Of a DNA stretch of 64,000 nt, positions 50,301-62,300 are shown in pieces. Made by a program: the position numbers and the translations under genes. Source of the DNA: Antedon mediterranea (Eukaryota > Animalia > Echinodermata). The notes under the pieces were generated by a model. The model did not search any database. It was not told the DNA's origin and was given only the letters and a program-made list of their open reading frames with translations. Position 1 is the stretch's first letter. Each line of letters begins with the position of its first letter. The stretch lies in the NCBI RefSeq assembly GCF_964355755.1, contig NC_092676.1:3945888-4009887 (forward strand), written 5' to 3'.

Positions 50301-53300
50301 CAAAGGGGATTCCCCTGCCTGCGCGCATTCGATTCAAGGGCGAGTTTACTTCATCGCCTCATAGTGCAACCAGTACGGTGTCATAGAAACACCTCCTTTA
50401 CAGGAAGATCATGTCCCAACCAATAATTTTTCCCTTTATGTTTTTATGGAACGAGTTAATAAAATATATTTAATTTTAAAAGGAAACATTAATATAGGAG
50501 GGCCTAAATATAATGTTTATTATTTAAAAAAGCTTAGCTGCTGGTTGCTTTAATTATGTCATTTTGAAGATGGATTATTTCTTCGAAAGTTCTAACCAAT
50601 TTTGGTCACTCAAATCCTCCTCAAAACACGTGCTGACGTGTGACGTCAGCATCTTCTAGAAGCTCTCTCAGCCCTCCCCTATTGTGCGTGCGCCCATGTG
50701 TGACACATGTAAACACGATCAAATATCTTTCTTAATTATTTTAAAATGACACTTTGTAACTTATTATCAATATTTTAATGGCTGTTGCATGTTAGAATTG
50801 TATAATTTATGAATTGCAGGTAAATACTTTTCAGGTTTTCTGTCTGATTTCTAGGCCAACAAGCTAGGCTAGAAAAGCTAGGCTAAAGGCATATAGTTGG
50901 CCAGGACAGGATTCTCCAGGCTCCTGAAACCCAATCTACCCAGGCAGGCCATAAAAAAAAAATTGGCTTGAGTTTTTTTTACTGTAGAATAATACGATCC
51001 CCACGGAAAATATTGTGTGTAAAGGTGGGTGTGGGGGATTTTAGGGGAGAGGTACAGTATACATTTGTTGATATTTGAGGAGAGCGATTTAAAATTTTTG
51101 CAAGGAGAGCGAATTGCTCTCCTCGGTGATTTGAGGAGAGCGATTTGTTGCTCTCCTGGGTTTTGCATACGTGATGCCCTGATTTTCATAATGATCATTG
51201 AAGATTTGAACCCAGTACTATAAGGCTGAAAGGCGAACATCTACACCAAGCATTTTGAATGCAAAAAGCAGAAGTACATCTGAGTGTACTGTAATTATTG
51301 GATCATAGTGCTTTTACAGAGTCATGTGTTCTGTTATGTCAGGGTTTTGCTTGAATGTTCGCTTTAAAAAAGTGGTTTGAGTAATTCACACTCTTTGTGT
51401 ATGAACATTACAAACATATAATGGTTAAATGCATCTAGATACATTTTAAAATTAAAGATGTATTGTCCCTCAAAAACATGAAAATTAAAGAATAATTTAA
51501 TCAGACTTTAAATAAGTTGTTTTGTAGTTTTAATACATTTAATCACTTCCATAGAAAAAAAAATGTTTTCACCTATAAAATGACAAAATAAATGGTTAAA
51601 TTCAACCAAAAACCCATTGGCTGGCAGTGGCAGCCAATTTGAATATTTTTTGCTTTAAATTGCATTTTTTCAGGTAAATAATTTTTTTTTTTTATCCAAT
51701 TTTTGGTCAAAGTGGTTGACTATATGTGACATCAAAATAGCATATTCAACCAAAGAATAATTTTTTCAGGATAATATATGTAACGTTTTTATCATTTTTT
51801 TTGTTGCAGGTAAACTCATCTCAACTTTCGAATGGCGTTATTACCGGTTGTTTCATGCTACTTTTTAAAGACTGTATTCGATTGTTTGCTTGTTATAACG
51901 ATGGCATCATTAATCTTCTAGGTAAGACAACCCGAAAGATGAAAATAACAGAATTTAAATCCTAAATGTCAACGCATTTTGTCTGTAAAACTTAAGAACA
52001 TAACTATTATTCCGGTGAAATAGGTCTATTATTCTTACCTGGATTGATAAAAGAAAACATTAGTCTGAAATCCGAGAAAGAATTAACATATTTTTACATT
52101 TGTTTTGCAGAGAAATTTTTTGAAATGTGTAAAAAGGATTGTAAAGTTGCATTGGACCTATATCAGAAATTTCTCATCAGAATGGACAAAGTTTCCGAAT
52201 TTCTAAAAGTAGCAGAGGTAAATATTTTTTTTGTTTTTAAATTAATTTTTTTTTTTTTCCAGAAAAGTAAAATTATAATAAAGAATGCACTAAAGATTTA
52301 GATATATTATGCTTTTGGTACAATTTACTTTGTGTAAATGCTCACATTGCATGGTAAATGAAATTCAGTTATTTAAATAATTATTTGGTAGTTTGTAAGT
52401 TGAAAATCGAACATTCTCTAGTTGACCTCACCTTAAAGATGTATTATCCTGAAAAAATTAATTTTAAAAAATGTTTTTGTTGAATATGCCATTTTAATGT
52501 CACATATTAGTTATCCACTTTGACCAAAAATTGGATCACAACAAATATTATTTACCTGAGAAAAACTGTAATTTAAAGCAAAAAAATTGTGAAATTGGCT
52601 ACCAGCCAATGGGTTTTTGGTTTATTTTATGAAGTGAAAACATAATTTTTTTCGTGTTTTTTTTTCCGGAATTGATTCATTTCGTTACAACTACAAAATG
52701 GCCTGTTCAAAATATGATTTTATTAATCTTTATTTTTTTATGTTTTTGGGGGATAAATACATCTTTAAACAATGTTTAATACTTTTAGATTTTTTGTTTT
52801 TTGTAGCAAGTGGGAATAGATAAAGGAGAAATTCCAGACTTAGCAAAAGTAAGTACTTCTCACAGTGTTTATAATTTCAAGTTTGTTTTAAGTGTTTTGT
52901 GCATTTTTGGTCTTCATTCTGTTAAACTGTCATTTAGTGTTTGTCTCATTTTTGGTTGTATTTTTCTTTTAACATTTTCCGTGCTAGAATTATCACTAAT
53001 AAAATGTTAAAACAAAATGTCCAACAAATTTAAATTAAACAAACTAACATTTAACAAAATATTCTGATACTAGCTAGTAAAATTGTAAATTAAACAATTG
53101 CAAGTGCTTTGTTTACATTCTGCTTTCCTTGTTATTACTCAAAAGTCTTAAATTGTGACCTTTGACCTGTCCAGGGTCCAATTAAATAGCCTTCGGTTGT
53201 GTCAACCAATCATTTACCTTCATTTGTAACCAGTAATAATTAGATACACACTACAGTGATTATAGGAAAATCAATCGTCTTGGGTTCTTTCAGTTAAATT

Positions 53301-56300
53301 ATATTAAGCCAGTGGAAGAATTTTATGTTTTTCACTATTAATTTCCATATTGCTTAGACTATTTTAGTATAACCTCTAAATAAGGACCATATTTTAGACT
53401 TGTGTTTTTAGAATATACATTTTTTAAAAGTTGTCCTTTTTTAAAAGGGCGTATTTTTTTATTTTTTTTACTATATTTAATGTGGGTGATCCATCCAGCA
53501 ATTGCCTCATTAGGGACCCTCAGAGGTTTACAAGACAAACATATACACATAAACAAAGTCTTATTATAAGTCTTTGGGAGTGGAGTTGTAATTTTGTCCT
53601 TAGAAAAAATCCTGACATGTGACAGGACTTGAACCCAAGACTCTAGGAGTGGTAGCCAAGCATCATAACCACCAAGCCACAACTCCACTATTATTTCTTG
53701 CATATTGGACTGTTTATTATCTATAACAATTAGTAAAATACGAACCCATAACATACAAATCTCAAATCTCCCTACAGTATGTTGCAATGATATGATCACA
53801 TACATTGATTGTTGTGGCTAGATAGATTTAATATAATGATAATAAATTCACCCCTATTAATTAATGGAATGGTCTAATTTTGAATAGTAAACATTGACTA
53901 AATCTGTTTTCCTATATTCCAATTAAAGAGATTAATTATCTATCTACAAGTTAATGTGTTGACATTTTCAATATTATGTTTTAAAATGCAAATGCAATGG
54001 GAGGCACTTTAGTAAAACCTAATTGCATTAGTGCATGTTATGTGAGGGCGTGTGGCGCAGAGTGTTGGACTACTGATCGTGAGACCGAGGTTCGAATCCA
54101 ACTCTCACCGCATTGCTTGTAGGCAAGATACTTTACTTACGTTTGCGTCTCTCCACCCAGGTGTATAAATGGGTACCCGGTTTAGTTAGATCAAGATACA
54201 ACTTCGCACTGATTACTAACTGCATTATGGGAGTATGTTTCCATACGTGTTTGATCCACAAAAAAATGACTGGGGGTAATAATGTTCAGCGTTTCACAAC
54301 ATTAGGCGCTATATAAATCCAGGATACTATTATTATGTGGTGAAAAAATAATGTTTCACTTCATAAACATGAACTTTAGTCATAGTAGAATATTGTACAC
54401 CTACTGTTGTACAATACATTGGGGACCATGTCAAAGTTATTCTACTGTAGTTGCTGCAGTAAACCACATCTTGTTTACTTTTTAAACCTTATTTTTAGCA
54501 AGATTATTTATATTATACACACTGTTTATAGTAGTAACTGACGTTATAAACTTTTACTGTACATTACAACAAAGTACGATCAAATGTTATTGCAGTACAC
54601 TCATTTTAGTTGCTGCAGTAACTGCAGTACAATAATTTTGACATGATCCCTTAATCAAATCTTAAAAAATACTAAGGATGTATTAAAAGATTTTATTGTT
54701 TGCTGGAGCCAAGGTTTAGCTTATACATCAAGATAACCACCTGTCTCTTCTAACAGTTAATTGGTAGATTTAGTTAATTGGTAGATTTAGTTAATTGGTA
54801 GATTTAGTTAATTAAGAAATTTGTATCAAGACACTTTCTTATATGTTTTTGTTTTTTTTTATGGTTGAAATTTATATTTCAATCATACCTGTAGTAAAGA
54901 AGTTGTCAGTGTTTGTTATTGTATTAAATAGATTAATTTACAAAATAAGTCGCAACTAAACTATTATCTGTTATATTTTGTTTAAATTTCATTCCAGTTT
55001 AGGCAACTTCCCATCAGTTTTGAAAATGTGAGTTTCTCTATTCCTAGCTTGCAATGCTCAAGACTTGACTAATGCATTGGCTGCCTTTATTATTATTTAT
55101 ATGTGGTTACTACATGAACCAGGGAAGAGTAAATATTTTATTATCATACTCTTCCCTGCTATAAACTCACTATAGAAATCGGGCATGGAAAGACTTTTGA
55201 GCAAAAACAAGGAATAATGACCATATATGGGCTGTAAAACCTTTTTTTTTAATTCTTGAATCCCAGAGAATTTGGCAAAAAAACAAAGTTGCATATAATA
55301 ACTTATTTATAATTTGATTTCTAAGATGTATAGTTCTCGCATACATTTTTTTGCATATTTCAGAAAAAAATATTTATTATAAGCAATTGTGAAAAATTTG
55401 TTTCAAAAACGTTTATTTATTTAGCACAGAAATTAAAATTTGTTTAAATTTTTTTATTTTTCAATCTCCTTATATTTCCAAATATCATTCACATTATTGG
55501 ATATAATTGTTATTGATGGTCATGCCCTTATTTGGTCAGACCCATATGGTCAAATTAAGTACTTTTTGTAATTATTCCATACTGATTAGTGCCCTACGGT
55601 TTTGATGATTTTTATATTTTGTTGTCAGTAGTTTGCAACAGGAGTTCCCTTGTTTTTGAACAAAACTTTTCAATGTTTTTGTATGGTTGTACCAGGTAGA
55701 AAGGCATCAAAAATATTTTTCTTGTATAAATTCAGATTTTTTTTATCCATAGGTTAAACATTCTTTTCTATGAGAAAGTAAAATTTTGTAAGAAATTAGA
55801 AATGTTTAAAAGGAATTTTTTCCTCCGTCTCCCTTCAAAGATAAATTATAATCTTAAGTTATTTAAATTTGTTTAAAAAAATTGTTTTAATAGTATTTAC
55901 TATCAGTATTTGCAATTTTTGAGAGAGATAATTATTGCTGTAGCATTTACTCTTCAGGATCATCTTGGCATGATTACCATTATCATCTTTATTGTCATAT
56001 TTATTACAATCATCATCATCATATTGATTATAATCGTATTGATCATCATCATATTGATCATCATATTGATTACAAATCATCATATTGCTTACAATCATCA
56101 TCATATTGATTACAATCATCATATTGATTATAATCATATTGATCATCATCATATTGATTACCATCATATTGTTATTATCATCATATTCATCACATTGATC
56201 ATCATCATATTCATCATCATATTCATCATCATATTCATCATCATCATCATCATATTCATCATCATCATCATATTCATCATCATCATATTCATCATCATCA

Positions 56301-59300
56301 TCATGTTGATTACAATCATCATATTGATCATAATCATATTGATCATAATCATATTGATCATCATCATCATCATATTGATCATCATCATCATCATATTGAT
56401 CATCATCTTGAATCATTATCATCATATCGTTATTATCATATTTTAAATATTAAATCATCATTGATTATTGTCTTCATTAAATAATCATATTTGTTATTAA
56501 CATATTGATGATAATCGTGTTATTATCAGTTATATTGATTATTATCATCTTCATATTGATTATCATCATTATAATTATCATCATGATCAATCCTATTATC
56601 AATTCAAATCAATACAACCAGCAGTTTTGATTTATCATTTTAGCATACTGTACGTCAACAAATTTAGATTGACGTACAGTACACTACAATTAGTAGTAAT
56701 GTTTCTTTCAGAGAATCAGGTTAACTTAAAAAATCATTCATGCATACTAATTGATGCAATGTAATCAACAAATCAGGTCTATTTAATTAGCTTCTTCCCC
56801 TATGACGTATTCCATTGATAAAATTTGACCTTTTTCCAATAGGCTCTCAGCTTAGAAAGTGGTTTGCAATGGCTGACCGATCTTCTACAGGTAGAGAATA
56901 ATTTCTCATACAACTGTAAATGCACCATAGATAATTTATGTTAATAGTTACATGCAATATACTCAATATTTACGGCACAAAATATTAGTTTTAATAAAGT
57001 TTTTTTTTGTTGCGTTGTATCATATTTCCGTTTTTTTTAATACATGCAATTTCTTTGCGTTGTTTTAGTTAAATTAATTTAAATATCTTTGGCTTTTAGA
57101 TTGCTTCTCTATCTGGTACAACCAAAACAAAACTATAATTCAAATCTTTATATTATATAACCTTTTTAACTGGTTGCCATGGTAAAATACTACTAATATA
57201 CCAATTAACATAACTTTTAAAACGGTTTCATAAACTATTTTTAACTAACCCTTTTATTTAATTCGGTAATTATAATTATGTTTTAACTTTGTGTTTTACG
57301 ATTTTTAACCTTTAACCTTTTGTCCTTACCCTCTTAAAAATTAAAATATGATTTGATCAAGTGGAAATTTGAAAAAATGACGGTCATTTCAAATGAAAAA
57401 TACTTTTAAGAAAAATGTTGGGCTGTGTATTTTTTTCATTGTTGTCGTCATTGTTGCCACTAGCATTCATCATGTTTATAATAGTTCCATTGGTTTGTTT
57501 AAATCGGTCATCACCACAAAACATCATCTTTAATCAACAAGAATTAACTTATTTTTCAAAGAATTTCTGAATTATAATTTAGAATAGTATGCATGCACAA
57601 TATAATTTCTGATTAACATTTTGAGATTTTATCAAAATGTGATTGTGTGTTTATTGGGATATTTTGGAATTTGTTAATAACATTTCTTTAATTTTATATG
57701 TGCATTTTTCATTTTTGTGAGTGTAAATTGTCTGAAGATTAGTTTAAAGGTCTGTCTACACTATGTGATGTACCCAGATATGATAGTGATACGACATGAT
57801 CATGTCCATATATGGGCATGTGACATCATTTCGTTGTCACATACAGTTTGATAGTGTAGACAGAGCTTAAGGAATAATAATAGTAAAGATTCAGGATTGG
57901 GGTTTTTTGTTGGTTTTTTTAGGTAGATGTGGAAAAAACATAAATTAAGTGTGAATAATTAAACCAGATTAATCTGTGTTTTTAATATTGTGTATTTTTT
58001 ATTAATTTGTTTTTAGAAATCAATTATAAGTCTTTATAAAATTACAAAGGCTCGTCAGATGGGCTCGTCAGATGGGCTCGTCAGATGGGTTGCTTTTCAT
58101 ACTAATTAGCAAGTCCGATATCTGCCAGTGCCATTTCAATGTTGTCACATATTCACCAACATGTTAACCAATCATTCTCTAACAATATTTACATTCTTAA
58201 TTTAAAATATTATTTTATTTTCAGTTTTTTGATATTACAGTAGTTAATATTTATATTATTTTGCATGTATTTAGTTCTATACTTAGTAATATTACTAATT
58301 GCTATATATACAGTAATAGATTGATAATTGATGATAAACCAACCATAACTTCACATATTATAAGTTTAAAAGTTTATTTGTTAAAAGAAATCAATCCTTT
58401 ACTTTGACTGGAGGACAAAATCATAAAAAGACAATAACTAGAGGCTATACAGTTGTGTACCTTTTAGCTGTTCATTGAGAACACTTGCGAAAAAATGTAA
58501 TTCTCGGGCAGGACTTAACCCACAACTTTAAAATCACTAGCGTTCATACTGTACCTCTAGAATACCACCGAGCTATGGTTGGATTCAATCCCCAAGAAAG
58601 CAGCGGGTACTGCGTTTATGATTATTGTAATAACAATAATATAAATAATAATAATAATAATATAATAATAGTAGTATTTAATTACAATAATCATTATATT
58701 ATAACAAAAGTAAAACTTGTACATTATTATAATTTATTAAGCATTTTTGGATTGTTTGACTTCAATTCATTTTAACTCCGAATACTAGAACAATCTGTGT
58801 GTATTTATAAAATCGTTATACCTCACAATAGTAAATAATGATTCATTACGAAGAAAATCACAATAACATTCAATTTTCAAATTAAATTTCAACAAAAATG
58901 CTTCAATTGCATTTAAATGAAAAATATTCTAAACACATGATTATGCAGATTTTATAATTATATTCGTAAAAGCTTTTTATATTGCGGGTAAAAATCTGTG
59001 TGTAATTAAAATATTGATTTTCATATTTTGTATTCTTAGGCTCCAAGCAGTCTTCTCGATGCGTTAAAACAACATGTTCAGTCTATGGAGTCTAGTAAAA
59101 AAACGCAATGGGTAAAGTAAGTAATGTTCTCTATTCTAAGCATACTCTGTAATTAATGATATAAATCAACCATTAGTTTTCAGTATTTGTTTTGACAGTA
59201 TTAATTTAAATGAACAGTAAGCTTTGTAAAACGACATAAATTGGTATGTCATCATTAGCATCCACATGATGCGAATAGCAAACATACAGTAAATAAGGTT

Positions 59301-62300
59301 GTATGCTGGAGGCCAAGCTGATTATGGCACAGGCACAGTTTTGAGGCTCTTAATTGTCTTAAGCTCTGTCTACACTATCAAACTAGTTTGACAAAAAAAG
59401 TGTGATGTGTCCAAATATGGTAATGATATGCTCAAATATGGTGGTGATGTCCTTATATGGGCACATCACATGTTTTTGTCACATAAAGTTTGATAGTGTA
59501 GACAGAGCTTTATAAATTGAAATTGAATAAGGACTAAACATTAGGTTGGGATACAGTGTACAAATCTGGCTCTGCACTTAAAGATGGAAAGAATAGGAGT
59601 ACCTCAGTGTTCTGGTTCATTTAAGATCCTGTCATTGTTACAAGATTTTTTTTTTGGAAGAGGGGGGTGGGGGGATGTAGACCCTATTTGAATATAGTGA
59701 CAAGTATGTATAAAGTGTAAATCACCTATTAGAATAACTCACCCTAAGATAAAATGGCACCTTTGTCATAATGCAAAACAGACCTCCCAGTCTCTCAATA
59801 ACCGCCAGACAAAATTTTCTCCTGTCTCATTTTAAAGACTACAAACCGATAGTACATACATTTACCTTTACGAGGTTAACTAAAGGCAAAACAATTTTTT
59901 GGTGATGCCATCAATTATGATTTAGTGTTTTGTATTAAGGGAGCGTGCCCAAATGTTTTTACTCCGTTAAACTTGTTGTAACGCAAATTTTACCGTAATA
60001 TGCAAGCTAATTTAAATAGGGTTGGGCGTGTTCAGTGAGGCATATCAAGCCCTCCCTTTTACTAGCTACTATGCTGTTGTTATCACTCCATTGTTTAACG
60101 CGTAATTAACGGGAGACCGGACATGCTGTTCAGTGTTGCGTAACGATGATTCCAACGCGTTATTAACAGTCCTTGTTATGGTATGTTGCGTGAAATCCTA
60201 TGATGACTCAAAATAACGGGTTATTAGCAGTCCGGTCATTGTTGTTACAACGCGTTGGAACAACGTATATAATTATATTTATTAAAATAATCATGTATAA
60301 TACTATATCCTAGGCCTACCGTAAAATAAAAATATATATAGGCCTAGGCCTACACGGTAAAATAAAAATATATAGGTCTAAGCATACTATTTACGATCCG
60401 ATTCATGGTATTTTTTAGGCTGGTACGTCGGGCGACACGTGTCTAAATTTCTAATAGCCGACTTTCACCTGAAAAAAATACGTATTTTTTATCCCTGGAT
60501 GTAACATGATATTGACGCGAATACCGCACTACAGAGAGCTAGGCCATGAACGATTCGTTAAAAGTACACCGCCAGACAATCGCGTAGCTATTGTTTAGAT
60601 TACATACTATAAACAATTAATAACAAAGAAAGCCTAGAAAGATAAGCTCCTCCTCTCGTTAAAATTGTTAAATAATTTATTGTTATTTGTATATTACATA
60701 AAACCTCAGTACTGTGGAATAATGCTACACTCTATATAGGCCTACTGTCATTCAATACTATCGTCCGTTAGCTCGGCGTTTAACGGACACAAACACTCAG
60801 TAACCTGTGGAATAATGCTATACTCTGTATGCTGTCATTCAATACTATCGTCCGTTAGATCGGCGTTTAACGGACACAAAAACTCAGTAGATTGTGGAAT
60901 GATGCTACTCTATTGTAATTCAATACTGTACTATCGTCCGTTAGATCGGCGTTTAACGGACACAAAAACTCAGTAACCTGTGGAATGATGCTATACTCTA
61001 TATGCTGTCATTCAATACTATCGTCCGTTAGCTCGGCGTTTAACGGACACAAAAACTCAGTAAATTGTGGAATGATGCTACTCTATTGTAATTCAATACT
61101 ATCGTCCGCCGTTAGCTCGGCGTTTAACGGACACAAAAACTCAATACAGTATACCATGGAGCTATAAAATTGTATAGCTCCATGAGTATACTGTGGAATG
61201 ATGCTATACTCTATATGCTGTCGGCGTTTAACGGACACAAAAACTTAGTAAACTGTAGAATGATACTACACTCTATATAATAGGCCTACTGTCATTTAAT
61301 ACTATCGTCCGTAAACTCGGCATTTAACGGACTCAAAAACTCAGTAAAACTGTGGAATATGATGCTATATAATACTGTCATTCAATACTATCGTCCGTTA
61401 GCTCGGCGTTTAACGGACTCAAAAACCCAGTATACTGGGGAATGATGGTATACTCTATATGCAGCTGTCATTCAACACTATCGTCCGTAAACTCGGCGTT
61501 TAACGGACACAAAAACTCAGTAAATTGTGGAATGATGCTATACTCTATCTGTCATTTATTACTATCGTCCGTTAGCTCGGCGTTTAACGGACACAAAAAC
61601 TCAGTAATATAACCTGTGGAATGATGCTATACTCTATATTATGCTGTCATTTTAATACTATCGTCCGTTGGCTCGGCGTTTAACGGACACAAAAACTCAG
61701 TAAACTCCGGGAATGATGGGTATTCGAATGATGCATCTATATACTGTCATCTATCGTCCGTTAACTCGGCGTTTAACGGAACAACGCACTGAATAGTAAA
61801 TTCGCGCTTGGTTGAGAGCAAGTAGGGGAATTCCCTTTTTTGCGACGCCTCCCTACTGCAAGAAGGCAATGGCACATTGTTTTTATATATTTATTTTATA
61901 TATGTACTGTTAGTGTTTTGCCTATTACACCATTTAGGCCTAAATAGATACAATAATTGTTAATGTACACAGTTTTTTTTTGTATTTTGTAATAAACATG
62001 ACACCCTTGCAGCAGCATCACGGAGGCTGCCAAAAACACCGTGGTGCGTGTGTACATCGCATCGCGGTGATAAAAAACCATGTGCTTGCTAATAACGTGA
62101 CGTCATATCGCCCAAAGTTTCATCCTCTGTTTTTGGACACACTCGAGGTCAGCGATAGTTAAAGTAATAATTTATTTACGTAATACAATAATTGTTAATG
62201 TACACAGTTTTTTTAGTATTTTGTAATAAACATGACACCCTTGCAGCAGCATCACGGAAGCTGGCCAAAAACACTGTGGTGCGTGTTGTACATCGCTTCG

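Noticed and set aside
50878-53805. 120-aa and 148-aa minus-strand ORFs as transposase or genes
   Set aside because: Lie in repeat or SINE sequence, no recognisable domain motifs.
55859-56446. Long Asp-, Ile- and Met-rich ORFs
   Set aside because: By-products of an (ATC)n microsatellite open in several frames.
56712-57115. Possible tiny exons at 56712-56719 and 57100-57115
   Set aside because: Lengths 8 and 16 nt and weak donors; unsupported without RNA data.
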